Program-made: the position numbers and the translations under genes
The notes under the pieces: generated by a model
What the model was told of the DNA's origin: nothing
What the model saw: the letters and a program-made list of their open reading frames with translations, nothing else
Database searches by the model: none
In this document: piece by piece, positions 28,097-41,836 of the stretch
Layout: each line of letters opens with the position of its first letter
How positions within the stretch are numbered: position 1 is the stretch's first letter
NCBI RefSeq assembly: GCF_964355755.1
Contig: NC_092679.1
Span: forward strand, 836,201-900,200
Origin: Antedon mediterranea
Lineage: Eukaryota; Animalia; Echinodermata
Reading direction: 5' to 3'
Length of the DNA: 64,000 nucleotides

Positions 28097-28402
28097 AATA
28101 GCGGAGGTATAAAAAGCAGGTTACTTTTTATACCTCCATGTGGATATTGAAAGAAATTTAAAGAAAAAAAAAATTAAATAAAACGGGGAAAAAAAAAAAA
28201 AAAAAAGAAAAACATGAAATAAATTTTTAAACAAAAGACAAGAAACTAAGAATTTGTAAAAATGTTGTGACTTTCTTTAGCTTGTTGCAATTCCTAATAT
28301 GAACAATGATTTTGAAACTGTTAAATATTATAATTGAATATTTATCTCAATCATTTCTTTAGGTGGTCTCATATTTCAAGATCAAATTTCTACTTATACA
28401 CT

Positions 28403-29487
28403 CACTTCAATTTGTTTATTTGTAAGTTCCTGTATGTTGGTACATCTACACCAACTTCTTGTTATACACTTCAATTTGTTTATTTGTAAGTTCCTGTATG
28501 TTGGTACATCTACACCAACTTGTTATTATACACTTCAATTTGTTTATTTGTAAGTTCCTGTATGTTGGTACATCTACACCAACTTGTTATTATACACTTC
28601 AATTTGTTTATTTGTAAGTTCCTGTATGTTGGTACATCTACACCAACTTCTTGTTATACACTTCAATTTGTTTATTTGTAAGTTCCTGTATGTTGGTACA
28701 TCTACACCAACTTGTTATTATACACTTCAATTTGTTTATTTGTAAGTTCCTGTATGTTGGTACATCTACACCAACTTGTTATTATACACTTCAATTTGTT
28801 TATTTGTAAGTTCCTGTATGTTGGTACATCTACACCAACTTCTTGTTATACACTTCAATTTGTTTATTTGTAAGTTCCTGTATGTTGGTACATCTACACC
28901 AACTTGTTATTATACACTTCAATTTGTTTATTTGTAAGTTCCTGTATGTTGGTACATCTACACCAACTTGTTATTATACACTTCAATTTGTTTATTTGTA
29001 AGTTCCTGTATGTTGGTACATCTACACCAACTTGTTATTATACACTTCAATTTGTTTATTTGTAAGTTCCTGTATGTTGGTACATCTACACCAACTTGTT
29101 ATTATACACTTCAATTTGTTTATTTGTAAGTTCCTGTATGTTGGTACATCTACACCAACTTGTTATTATACACTTCAATTTGTTTATTTGTAAGTTCCTG
29201 TATGTTGGTACATCTACACCAACTTGTTATTATACACTTCAATTTGTTTATTTGTAAGTTCCTGTATGTTGGTACATCTACACCAACTTCTTGTTATACA
29301 CTTCAATTTGTTTATTTGTAAGTTCCTGTATGTTGGTACATCTACACCAACTTGTTATTATACACTTCAATTTGTTTATTTGTAAGTTCCTGTATGTTGG
29401 TACATCTACACCAACTTGTTATTATACACTTCAATTTGTTTATTTGTAAGTTCCTGTATGTTGGTACATCTACACCAACTTGTTATT
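28403..29487. repeat. Minisatellite, 64-bp unit, about 17 copies, downstream of the MAX stop
   Basis: Unit CACTTCAATTTGTTTATTTGTAAGTTCCTGTATGTTGGTACATCTACACCAACTTGTTATTATA; two interspersed unit variants. Confidence 0.98.
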
Positions 29488-29968
29488 GTACAGAACGCTA
29501 GATTCTAATTAATGATAAAATGGCTGTTTTATGCCAGTTTAAATATCTTTTAAATATTACTGTAATTGCTGGTATCTATGTCATAATTATTTTAACTGTA
29601 ATATTCTTTCAAATACTTTTACGCAATGGAGTAAATAAAGATCATATCATGTTCAACAACCGAGAAAGCTTGGTTCCCACTGGAGACGCAACACAGGGAT
29701 GCAAGCACAATGCATGCAAGTAATTGATTTGTCATTGGTCATCTCAATTGTGTTGCATCCCTAGTAACCTCAACTGACTGGTAAACGTTTCTTTAAAGTA
29801 GTTGGATTGCACATATTAGCTTTTTAAGTGGGTGAGGGGAGGGTGTCTCGTGGTTTTATTAGGTGCAGTGCTTTGAGGCGGGTTCAATTATATTAAGAGA
29901 AATATAAGTTTGAAGCGGGTAAAGATTCAGGGCTATTAGGGAACCCATGATTAGCAATGACCAAAGTA

Positions 29969-30085
29969 CAGTCAACTCTCCCAATAACGGACATCTTTGG
30001 GCTGGCCAAATAGGTTTGGTTTTCTGGAAAGTCTTTAATGGTAAAAATAAAGTTTGGGACCTTTTGGTCTTCAAGAAAAATCTGT
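29969..30085. mobile_element. Truncated Tc1/mariner-type MITE (same family as 21609-23325)
   Basis: TA|CAGTCAACTCTCCCAATAACGGACA... followed by internal sequence matching the other copies. Confidence 0.65.
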
Positions 30086-31227
30086 TTTTTTTTATTAAGT
30101 AGGTCGTCGGGTCAACCTAATAGCTATGATAGAAGTATAATATTAAGGGTTATACTTTAGAGTATATAATATTGAGGTAAGTATAGTTTTGTCTTGATTG
30201 AAAGTAAAGTGAGTAGTTATATTTTTAGAGATAGAATTAGTTCACACACATGTCTTAGAATGGAAATCCACCCAGAAACAAAAATGGAAAATACCATGTT
30301 GAATGTTTTGAAATTTTGAAGGGTATAGAGAAGTGGCACGCTGGAGTGGTTCTTGTCTCTAAATCAAGGGGATATGTTCAATTCTGATGACTATTTTTCT
30401 TTAAAATGAATAAACTGGTTTTGAATATTCCTATTCAGTTTATTAAAACGCCTTATGCTGTTTGATTCCATATACAGTATGCACTATTCACCTATTTCTC
30501 ACGCTTGCAAATTTTAATTTTTATCTTTCAATGCATTGTGGTCCTCTTATGTGAATTTGTAAAGCTATATGTTATTTATTTTTAAAGATTTAATTGATGT
30601 ACGTAGCCTATTAGTACTGCTTGCCAATTCTTGGTTTCAAGTCATTATTTTAGAGTTTTATCTTCTTCGTGTCGTCTTCATTTAAAAACTTTAAATGGTT
30701 TTTGTTGAAATATTTTTAAAAATCATCCAATTTTTTTTATTTTCCTAAGCAATAATTGATTTTTACTTGTTTTTTGTCAGCATTTTATTATAAAAATCAA
30801 AATTATTTTTCCCAGCGTTTATTTATGAAAAAATAAAATTGTATTTCTGCTCTGTTTTATTCACACACTGTTTTTTATATTTTAATATTAAAAAAAATTA
30901 AACATATATCATTTTATGATAGGGTACACTGAAAATATTTATTGATCATAAACACATTTATTTGTAGATGGAAAAATTCAGTACTAAAAATATTGTGGTT
31001 CAGCTGACAAACGGACCAAATTAAAACTTGTGAAACATTAGTAAATAAAATCTGAAAAACAAACTACAATCTATCTTTTTTTATGGAACCTTTTTTTGGT
31101 GGAGATTAAATTTTTGAAAATTTTTAATTTTATGCAAAGTTCTTTATCCCCTCCCCCTCATTGTCCTCCCCTCTCTACCTTACAGTAATTAAGTCAGTGC
31201 TGGCTTGAGGCCCACAAAATGTCTTAA

Positions 31228-31439
31228 ATGTTAGGAGGGCTCATTGCACTCTTTATAATAAAGGAGTCTGTCTGTTTGTCCCTGTAATATGGGTGTATGT
31301 TAGGAGGGCTCATTGCACTCTTTATAATAAAAGAGTCTGTCTGTTTGTCCCTGTAATATGGGTGTATGTTAGGAGGGCTCATTGCACTCTTTATAATAAA
31401 GGAGTCTGTCTGTTTGTCCCTGTAATATGGGTGTATGTT
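31228..31439. repeat. Tandem repeat, 69 bp x3
   Basis: ATGTTAGGAGGGCTCATTGCACTCTTTATAATAAAGGAGTCTG... at 31228, 31297 and 31366. Confidence 0.95.
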
Positions 31440-32382
31440 TGTATCATTAGCTAAAATGAAATTTCATTCTATAAATCGCTTTAAAAAAGATTTATTTTTG
31501 TTTGAAGGAAATCAAAAGCAGAATTTAAGAGTTGATTATTATATTTATATAAGCCCAATCATTATTATATGCTTTTGTATATTGTTTATGTAAATGATAT
31601 GTTAATACAATTTGCATATCATTAACATATTGTTTACATAAGTAATTGTATGCTCTTGGATAGTGTTTATGTTAATAATATTAATAACATGTGATGTTAT
31701 GTTACATGTTTTTTGAAGTTTTTTTTCAGTATTGTGTACCATTAAATTTATCACCAGAATCAGAATGTGGATTTTTATTTTTTATACGGAGCAGTATTCA
31801 ATTATTGTTTTATTTTTGACTTGCTATTCATTTATCAAAAAGATTAACGATTTTCCAAACTCTTTATTGAGCTAAAATCATCTGTAAATCTGGTGCTCAG
31901 CAAGCATTTGTTTAATATATACTTTAATTTTAATTATTTTATTCGGTTCTTCATAAAAACACCAGAAAGATGAATATCAAAACTCATTAACCTAATGAAC
32001 CTAATTACTGGTAATTTTTCTGACAATGCGGAAGTTGATAACATACCCTCCAATTATCTTTGTCATTCCAGGATTATTATTAGATTGTATTATTTATAAG
32101 ATTAGTATGAATAATATTGGAAGGTTAGTAATAATTTCACCATAATAATTGTAGTACAGGATTACTATTCAAAGCTTCGTAAAAAACATTTTTGGTTTTT
32201 TAAACTTGTGTATAGTTTGTTGACTACCTTTTGTTATGTAATGTGTGTAGTTAGCAATATAAGGGAAATGAATTACATATTTTATAGGTTTGATATATTA
32301 TTTAATATTAGAAATTTATATTACTGTATTATAATTATTTCCTCCAATTAATATAACCTAGAACCTGTTAGAAGCCTTTAAT

Positions 32383-32622
32383 TTGTCTATTTTTGACTTT
32401 CCTGTCCCCTTTTTTCCACTCTTGTTTGGTCTTTATGTCTTCATATTTTTACTTTTTTTCCACTCTTGTTTGTTCTTTATGTCTTCATATTTTTACTTTC
32501 CTGTCCCCTTTTTTCCACTCTTGTTTGGTCTTTATGTCTTCATATTTTTACTTTCCTTGCCCCTTTTTTCCACTCTTGTTTGGTCTTTATATCTTCATAT
32601 TTTTACTTTCCTTGCCCCTTTT
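32383..32622. repeat. Pyrimidine-rich tandem repeat, about 50-60 bp x4
   Basis: CCACTCTTGTTTGGTCTTTATGTCTTCATATTTTTACTTTCC repeated. Confidence 0.9.
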
Positions 32623-32861
32623 ACACTCACATGATTATTAATACACATTATTGGATGTTTTGTTCAACATTTTTTATACTTAAATAGGATTAAAATGTGT
32701 CCTTTCTCTGACCCCTTGTTGCTTTGTCTCAAGGTGTTAACCTATTAGATCCAACTCATAACTTGCATTGTATTTTCTTCCAACACTATTTAGGTATTTC
32801 GAATAACAAGTTATACCTTATGAGAATATTTTACTTGTTATCACCAGATAAATATCTATTT

Positions 32862-32917
32862 TATATTTTGTTGACAACATTATGAACCCGGGTTCGTAAT
32901 GCTGTCAACAAAATATA
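32862..32917. repeat. Near-perfect loopless palindrome (28-bp arms)
   Basis: TATATTTTGTTGACAACATTATGAACCC / GGGTTCGTAATGCTGTCAACAAAATATA, 2 mismatches. Confidence 0.85.
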
Positions 32918-34069
32918 CATTATCTTGTTGCTACCACAACAAACATAAAAAGACATTCATAATTATGAGATGTTTACATGGTACAGTAGTTACAATATAG
33001 TAGAAGGTCATTTGTAACCCAATGCACCAGCTTTTTAGTTGATTGAATCATGTTAATAAGTTTCTCATCTTGTAATTCAATTAATTAAAATCTTGTATAA
33101 TATTTCATGTATTATTTTATAATCAATACTGTACTGTGACCGTGACCCAGTGTTTTGTGTGAACAATGAACTGGGATCGGGTTACAGATGTTCAAATGGC
33201 ACGTCAGAGGCACCGATTTGTTCTGCATAATAGCAAGTAATTTGACCTCTTTTTCCACTCCTTACTACCTACAAGAAACATTTTAGTAATGTATGAGCAA
33301 ATCGGTTGCTTGGGTACATTAACAGAAAATACCCGTATTGAGAATGTCGAGTACAGAAGAAGAAGGTTGTTATGGATGTCAAGCTTGATAAAATGACTTG
33401 AAGAAAAGGAAGTAAAACATCAGGAGGTGGAGCTACTGGAGAGAGAGAGAGCAAGCAACAGATAATTATGATGGCTAATGGCAGACAGACCTAGAGCAAT
33501 TGCATCTCACAATTCAATTATTTGTAGCTAGAAGGATTTTATAGACTTGGTCCTTCTCGCAACCACTTCACCATCTTAAACTGACACCCTTCTCATTTGA
33601 CGTCATTGACACATTCACACAATCTTCATAATATTAATATCTAAGGTTTCAAAGGTCAAAAATGCTTTTTTCCTATTAGGTAAAATAGATGATTTAATAT
33701 TTGGTTTCCATTGCGGTGAATTAGCATATTAATGAGAAATCATTCTGGTTGATCATGGTATTGACAACAAATATGTTCAAATTATTCAAGATATATCAAA
33801 CAGATGTTAAGAAAATTATAAGATTGATAACTGCTTATCCACGTTCACAACTGTATATGTTGTAGTTTATTTCAGAATTGTAACCTTTAAATTGTTCCTA
33901 CTTTATGTCCTCAATAGCATTTTTTTAAAGTAATATCCTCTTGGTGCATGAACAGGCAGTTGGAGGAAATAGGTTGAGGCTAATTGACCCCCCTGCCCCT
34001 CATTCTCATAAAGAATAGGGACTTTCTTTCTTTCTATCTATTTAGTTTATCTTTGTTGTTTCTTAATTG

Positions 34070-34272
34070 ACATCCACACCCACACCCACCCACACACACA
34101 CATACCCACACCCACACATACCCACACACACCCACACACCCACCCACACACACACATACCCACACACCCATCCATACCCACACACACACACACATACCCA
34201 CACACACCCATACCCACACCCACCCACACATCCATACCCACACACACACATACCCACACACACACACACACA
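34070..34272. repeat. CA-rich compound microsatellite
   Basis: (CA)n interspersed with CCCA and CATA units. Confidence 0.95.
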
Positions 34273-35069
34273 CTTTATTTCTGCTATGTTAAACTGCACC
34301 TGTCATAATATGTAAATTTCCCGTTCGTTTGTTTCTATTATTCCCTTTTATTGTGTTGCGCTTGTCGTTCTTTTCATTCGTGAGCGGTAATCCTATGCAC
34401 ACCTTTGTAATACACCAGACAGGCCAGTGACAGGCCAGTGATGTAAGTTATTTGCTTCCTTTGATTACTCTCTTTAGTTTAGTTTAATACCATATTTGTA
34501 CATTTTGTTAATTTAACCTGAATACATTTTAGTTCTTTACTGTATTATTTTGTTACATTTTCAGTTTGAACCAAAATAAATCAATTGTGAAGTTCCTGGT
34601 TGGATGTTTTTTTGTATACCGATTTACATACGACGCTACGAGCGTTACACCCACAATATAATATAAATTAAGTACTAACACACACCAATAACATACAAAA
34701 CATTAATAGACTTTCTCACATTTAATCATATTTATATGTGTTATGTAACCATTGATTGATACAACATTAAGCTAATTAACTACATTACTAAACTGGCTGC
34801 ACTTTCTTTAAAATGGACACTTTTATACTCTTTTGATCCTACTCTTTTCAAATTTCAGTGGAAGATATGGGCAATTAATAGCACCCCACAAACTATAACC
34901 CCACCCCTCCGTATACCTTTCTTACTCTTTATTCCCCCCCCCCCACCCCATATCTCCATATATCTGTAGTTTATTCAATTCCAACCATGACTGAAATATG
35001 AATTTCTATCATACAAAATGCCTTTTTCTCTGAATAGGCTTCTGAAGTATATTTGAAACTCTACAAATA

Positions 35070-38000
35070 TTATAATTTTGGAACTGAAAGTGTACTAAAG
35101 TATTTACTAGCTTGGAAAGCACAATCAACTCCGATGTTATAGACGGGATGAACTGGCATCTGAAAGTAAACAATTGTAATGTATATGTTATTAGATTTAT
35201 ATAATTACATTGCACATGAACCCAAATAATCTACTGTATAGAGACATTTTCAAATACATTTGTTCAACGTGCACATTATGCTAATCTCCTGAATTAGAAT
35301 TTGGGAAAGTCTTGTCTTTTACATTCTATTGTGGCTTTCAATCAATGAATGCTTCTCTGAAATGAATAATAGATATTGATAGAAATTAATCCGTACTACA
35401 AACAACTCAGTAAGCCTAAGCCTAACAACCAGTAGACAGTCAATGGTAGCCTATGGTGCTTTACTGACTGTAAACCAATTGTGTTTTAATTTGCTTCGTA
35501 TTAACACACTAGAGCATTACTCAACATGAATCAATACTGTATTTAGAAGGAAACACTATCACTCAGGTGTTTGGTGGCAGCAGATAACAATCTTCAGTAA
35601 CTATGCATTTCATCATCATTTTAGATAATAATGGCATTTTATTTTTTTTGCTGAATTTAGTTATTATTATTATTTATCAATTGTCATCAGAAACCATACA
35701 TTGATTCATCTTTCTTAATTTCAGATGTCAGAATTATTGCAGCAAGATCTACTACAAAATTTGAAATATTAAGTTGTAATTCAGTAAATAATAATCATTT
35801 TGGAACCTGTTTATCTTCACTACGGTAACTCAACATTGTTTTAAACTATATATCATAACATACCAGTTCATTGGAACAGTCTCCCAAAACGCTTGTTGTT
35901 GCTAAGTTACCACCAGCAAAATGCTGGGCAACAGATAAGCCACTGAGACAGTAACAGGTGTGGTAGAAATCACGGGGTCTGCAACAATATCAATCATTAA
36001 TGTAAAAAATAACATACAGTTTAAAAGTTTATAAAATATCAATCATTAAAATGTCAGTTTGCTTCTATAAGATAACATATCATAGAGTATATCCTAACGA
36101 GTAAAATCCCAAGGGACTTTGGTATGAAAGTTAGTAAAACTGAGAGGGTTGGATTATACTGGGATAACTTAACAATGAAATTTAGCATCAATTAGGGAGT
36201 GGGATTATATTCAAACATGGGCTTATATTTGGTCATATACATTATACTTTAAGCCATAACAATTTATTTTAACATTCTTATATTTTATTCAATGGAAACC
36301 AACAGAGATTACCGCCATTAACAGGTTTGATACAAACAAAGCCACGACGGTTTAAAGCACCTTGATTGGTCCTAACATTGATCAAGGACTTCTCCAGTCC
36401 AGTGCCCACCTTGACCAGAGGAAAGGCATAAGCCAATACGTCTGAGGCAGATATTAGATGTTTGGATATTAGTTTATTAATAGATATAAATTTGAAAATA
36501 TGTCTAAATGTCATTGATATCACACCAGATGACAATATGTAATACACACATGGATGTAATTATAAGATCGGATTCCTATATATCCAATATCTAGCCTTTA
36601 ATTATGGCATTTTAATCACAAGTACATAGCATTTCACTTATAATAATAATAATGTTTATTTTTTTACTATTTTCAGTGACAAGGTTTTTCATGTGTATTT
36701 TTACATTCAAACCACAACCAACCATGCTTAGCATTCAGAGTACTTCAGTGTGGTGTGTATCAGAGTTTTTTTATATGTATTTAAAAACAAAACATTTTAT
36801 ACAGTGCTTAGAAGAAACTGGTTCTTACTTTCCTGGCTTGTCAACTAAGCCACCATGAACATTCTGGCAACATATAAGTATGTACTCTTGAAGAGCATCT
36901 AGAAAAAAACAAATATATTTGAAAAAGAATTTATTAATAGGCATTACCATGTATAATTGTTTTAGGCTCTGTCTAACACTATCAAACTATTTTTACAAAA
37001 AAAATGTGATGTGATGGTAGTGATATGATTATATATATGGGCACATCACATTTTTTGTTACATAAAGTTTGACAGTGTAAACAGAGCTTTAGACATTTCA
37101 ACACATTTAGTTGTCAATGACTGTGTATGTTTGTGTATGTTGTAAGCTTACTTTGATCAAACATCCAGCATCGTGTGCTAACAGCATTGTCCCCATGTCC
37201 ATTTAGTATTTTATGCACTAAAGGAAAAACACCCCCTTGCCACAATGAATAACAACCATCAACGTGTTTATTTGTTCTTCCTTGGAAACCGCCTTCAAAA
37301 CTCATTTGTCGATTGGACAACCATCTCTGCAAAAAAATAATTTAATTTAATCATAATATAAACATACCATAAAACTATTATATATTAATAAAACATTAAA
37401 CATGTTACGTTTTAGTTTTCATCACAATTTCACCTGGTCATCAGTATTTCGGTCACATTACTAAAATAAAAATTGGCATGCCTTGTATACTTACAACTAG
37501 AGCTTCAACATCACACAATCTATCATGTCCCATTAGCACCAATGCTGCCACCGCACAGAATGTATAACCACCATGGGCTTCCATACCAGGAACGCCGGCA
37601 AAACCGCCCTCATATGTCTGACAACTGAAATATACAATTTCAGAAACCACATAATGTAAGTAGTATAACCTTTTACATTACCTAGACAAACTCCAGATTT
37701 TACTAGGCAATTTTGATTTGATAAATGTTAATACCATACATACGAAAACAAACACAGATAATAACAAACAAACTCAATCATTTGTATGGTACCAGGGATA
37801 GCCCTCTAAATTCCTAAAAGGAGATTTACATCCCGAAGGTGTCCCCAATATATTATATATATGGTATATACAATTGATTTCACCTTGCAATCCATTCTGG
37901 TGTGCCCTCAAACATCTCAGATGTAGCAACATTTGTTAGCCTTGCTGCAACAGCTGCACAATAAGCACCTCTGAAAAAAATAGGGACAAAATCGTATAAT

Positions 38001-41000
38001 GAAAATCAATTTCAATTTGGAAATACAAGGTTGATTCAACATTTAGTTCATTTTTTTATTAGAAGATTATTATAAGAAATACCAGTCTAATAATTCATAA
38101 TATCAGCTTGCATAGATTATCCTTTAAAGACCCATACTTCTTTGACTCTACATGTATTTTTTTTGTAGGAGGTGCAGCATTTTTTTTAGGAATTTTTGTA
38201 TCTCCTCCATCAAAATTTATTTCAATATATTATATTTTAAATGGAAATACAATGAATTGTTCCCCCTCCTCCTCCTCAGCAGTCTGTAAGTCAGTCTCAA
38301 ATGTGTTGTGATTTTACCTGACATCAATTTCTCCTCCTTCATGCATAATAAAGCCACCATCTGCTGACCTCATTCTCATCAAAAAACCTGCTAACTTTTC
38401 CCTAAAATTAAAAAAAGAACAAAGTACTGAATAACCTATTATAGTTTGTTTAAGTTGTATTTACAATTTGCAGTATATGTGCAGTATATGTGCAGTATAT
38501 GTGCAGTATCTATGCAGTATATGTGCAGTATCTATGCAGTATATGTGCAGTATATGTGCAGTATATATGTTTTAATTATCTGTGGATACTGTTTTATTTT
38601 ATAAGGGTTTTGTCAATATGTTTTTGTCAACATTCTCACCTATTGACTACAGAATATGCTTCTTTTGTTCCTATTGTAGAAAGTGCCAAGACAGCAGCAT
38701 ATGTGGTTGCTAAATGCGCATATTGGCCAGGTCCACCTGTAATTTAATATTCAAATAACATGTGATAAGATTTATCCTAAAATGAATGGCTGGTAACAAA
38801 TGTTCAGAAGATGTGTTAAAAATAAGATTCATAAGTTAAAATAAGTTATTTCACAAAATGAAATTGAGTAGATAAACTTTGATGATACCTCCAAAACCAC
38901 CACCTGGATGTTGACATTTTCCAATAAATTGTGCTACTCTACAAAATACAAAACAATATTCGGTTCAAGAACAAAAGGAAAAATTTAACATTAGATAAAT
39001 TAAAATGAAAAGAAAATACATAAAAATATACAGTATCTCATATAAATAAATGATAAAGACGCTAGTAAATTAACAACTGAACATTTTATTGCACTACAGG
39101 CTGTTTCATGAGTATGAACTCAATCTTCAGGTGCTTGGCTCTGAATGATAGTCACTTGTGAATACAAAAAGCTATAATGAAGTTGTAAGGCAAACTGTTT
39201 ATGTGAACAATAGTATGCTAATTAGCAAGTACAACACATCTCTATTTCCTGGACAGTCTATTGTTAACCAAATTCTTATTATCTAAATTACTGATACCTT
39301 AATAGAAACTTTCTCCTATGTCTACATGCACTGACTAATTCGTTCCTATGGTTAAGTGAGCTGGTTTCAGGCTTGCTTATGATACAGTATCTATATATTC
39401 TATATCTTTTATTCTGTTATCAGATGGATAAAGCTTGGTTCCCACTAGAACGTAACGCAAGGACGTAAACGTAACGCAATCGTTTTAACCAATGACAAGC
39501 GAAGTTATAGACAGTTAGCAATCACAAGTGAATAAGCCATCGCTTGTGATTGGTCAATTCACTTGCGTTGCGTTACGTCCTTGTGTTGCGTCACTAGTAG
39601 TGGGAACCACGCTTAACTAATTCAGGTTTGTAACTACTGTGGAGTAGCTTTGCATCAGACTGTTGAATAATTGGTCAGATGTTTTGCCCTACTCTTTTTG
39701 TACTTTATACTTTTACATTGAGAACACTCGCTAGGCTAGTTATCTGGAGGTTGTGGGTTTCAGTCCCACGAGTCAGAGTATGGCAAAATATCCAACCAAT
39801 TAAGTCAGGTTTAAAACTACAGCCTAAAAAAAATTGTTTTCCCCTCTCACCATTTCTTATTTATTGGTAGTTTTATACTTACTGCGATGCATATTCTTCT
39901 GAAATCTTCTCTCCTAGAAGTTCTAAGCTGTGTAAGATCCAGTAACAGAGCCAAGGTTTGCTAGCATCCAGGCACTCGTAAGATTCTGAAAGGTGCTTCA
40001 ATCCCTTGTTCAGGTAGCCTAGATGCTTTTCACGTTCAAGTTTTGGTCTGAAAAACATTGATTGATATATTGATTGATTAATTGATATACAAGTGTATTG
40101 TAGAAACTTTTTCATATTCGTACTGTTCAACTACATTTCAGATAATAATAAATAATAATATTTTTAAATTATTACCTGGTTTTGTTGTTTTTGATGTTTA
40201 CAGAATAATTATTAATGAATTATATGTGAAATGTAAATAAGCTAAGTGGCCATAATGACACCTATTCCATATGAATATGTTGTCCATGTATATACATGGT
40301 TTTCAAAATACAGGTCTTCAATATTTTACTAAGTTTCAAACATTTCTACAAAAACGTCATACATTTTACTTATACAGTAATTATCCTTAAAATAATTCCT
40401 TGTCTTACATTTTATTTGAACCAGATATAAATGTTTGATAAACTTCACCAACTGATGCTTCTACTTTTTCCTGCAATAATAAATAAATTAAAATCAAGAC
40501 AAACGTAACAAAACCAAGGAGAAAACATACATTTGTTAAAAGGTGGTAATCCCTACCTAACTAGGCTAGTGCAGTGGTGGCATTGTTTAGTAGGTGATCA
40601 CATAAATGATGTGATCGACCTATCTAGGCTTACTCAGTAGAGTAGGCTACTGCCTAGGGTTACAGTGAGTGAGCCTCGAACCTCTGCCGATGTTATGGCT
40701 ACGTAATTACGGTTCCACTGTCTTAACCACTCGGCCACTCACTCACTCACGCCTCAATTTTTGACAATTAAGATGTTATTAACAATATTGACGATTCTAG
40801 CGGCAGAAATGAAAAATACATATTTTGTCTTTTTTGGCGTTTCATGATTTTGGGCGTTCCATAACCGGCGGCCGAAATGATCAGACACCCTGCCTAAGAC
40901 TAAAGTAGCCTCCCTTATAACTTATATAATGTAGGCCTAGCTAGTAGCTAGTAGGCCTAGCCTAGGCTAGTAGTAGTACTACTACTACTAGCCAAAAAAA

Positions 41001-41166
41001 GGCGTATGAAGACACATGTTGCACAGATTACGTCATATATAAACATTCATTTGATTATTATATTATTCATTACCTGTTCTAAGCTAGAATTAGTATGATA
41101 ACCATCTGCTTTTGAACGTTCTTTTTTCATTTGCTCAAAGTTTTCAATACACCTGGGCGCTGCCAT
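35070..41166 (-). CDS. FNTB: Protein farnesyltransferase subunit beta, 405 aa, 12 coding exons
   Basis: Exons (5' to 3') 41074-41166, 40409-40470, 39883-40047 ([21 protein letters not shown]), 38889-38938, 38640-38736 ([16 protein letters not shown]), 38318-38401 (HEGGEIDVR), 37884-37970, 37495-37624 ([11 protein letters not shown]), 37152-37326 ([15 protein letters not shown], Zn ligands D/C), 36829-36898 (DKPGK), 35864-35978 ([13 protein letters not shown], Zn ligand H), 35070-35159 (HPVYNIG, stop). GT-AG introns, phases consistent, 1218 nt total. Confidence 0.97.
36965..37088. mobile_element. MITE family A copy in FNTB intron 9
   Basis: GGCTCTGTCTAACACTATCAAAC...GTTTGACAGTGTAAACAGAGCT with TTA TSD. 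Confidence 0.8.
38468..38565. repeat. 11-bp tandem repeat TGCAGTATATG, about 9 copies
   Basis: Visible in FNTB intron 5. Confidence 0.9.
39432..39613. mobile_element. Harbinger/Tourist-like MITE family B (AGCTTGGTTCCCACTAG termini)
   Basis: TIR AGCTTGGTTCCCACTA / TAGTGGGAACCACGCT with TAA TSD. Related sequences at 54083-54219, about 29667 and about 27780. Confidence 0.85.
40670..40740 (-). mobile_element. tRNA-derived SINE head in FNTB intron 1
   Basis: Minus strand AGTGGCCGAGTGGTTAAGACAGTGG...GAGGTTCGAGGCTC has strong A and B boxes but no tRNA acceptor stem. Confidence 0.55.
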
Positions 41167-41473
41167 CTTGTTATTTTTTTTATGATACCGCCCTCAATAT
41201 ATTTATTGTTTTGTTGATATGATGTGTGGCGCGTGTGTATGTTGGGGCGGGGCATCTTTAATTTACATATCATTACCTATGCAAGGTCCCTCGGTAGCGT
41301 ACGGTGACCTTTTTCAAATTTTGTAAACAAGTCAAAAAGCACGTCGTGTTGTTGTGTTTGTGGAAAAAGAGAACAGAAATTACGTGGTGTTTGTCTTGAA
41401 ATTGCGTGTTGTTTACGGCTGATACTCTTATAAAACAACCGAGGCATTTCATATCGAAAATACGTTTCATTTG
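41167..41473. promoter_or_regulatory. Bidirectional promoter and first non-coding exon shared by FNTB and the orphan gene
   Basis: About 300 bp CpG-rich segment with a GC-box (GGGGCGGGG near 41243); plus-strand donor TTG|GTAAGT at 41473/41474 matched by acceptor AG at 41802-41803. Confidence 0.6.
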
Positions 41474-41836
41474 GTAAGTATTAAGTGATAGTAAAGATTG
41501 TTTAGAATGGAGGTTCTGTTGTTCAAAACAATGAAACGTGCGACCAGCATATTGTCCCGACCCACCCGTACCTCGTAGTAGAGATACTGACTACAATTAC
41601 AACTACTGACTGATAAGCAAGGTATAGAAATAATCTACTTTCTATACTATATATTGAGGTACCTGTAACACTGGTCTATTTTAGTACATATGCATGTACA
41701 TTTGTTTTCGTTTTACAATAATTTGTATTGTACAACTGAAGACAATTTTTGTTATATAGGTTTATTTATAATTGTTTTCTTTTTTCCTCCTGTGTTTTTT
41801 TAGATTGTTTAATGTACGATCACGTCTAAAGGCAAT

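Noticed and set aside
21610-29487. 34-bp and 64-bp arrays as CRISPR arrays, and their ORFs
   Set aside because: Units are head-to-tail with no unique spacers, there are no cas genes, and the context is eukaryotic.
34034-34315. Cys/Val/Gly- and His/Thr/Pro-rich ORFs
   Set aside because: Translations of a CA microsatellite.
7608-40740. tRNA genes at the A/B-box sites (about 7610, 26010, 40670; also about 5650)
   Set aside because: No acceptor stem or full cloverleaf; better explained as SINE heads.
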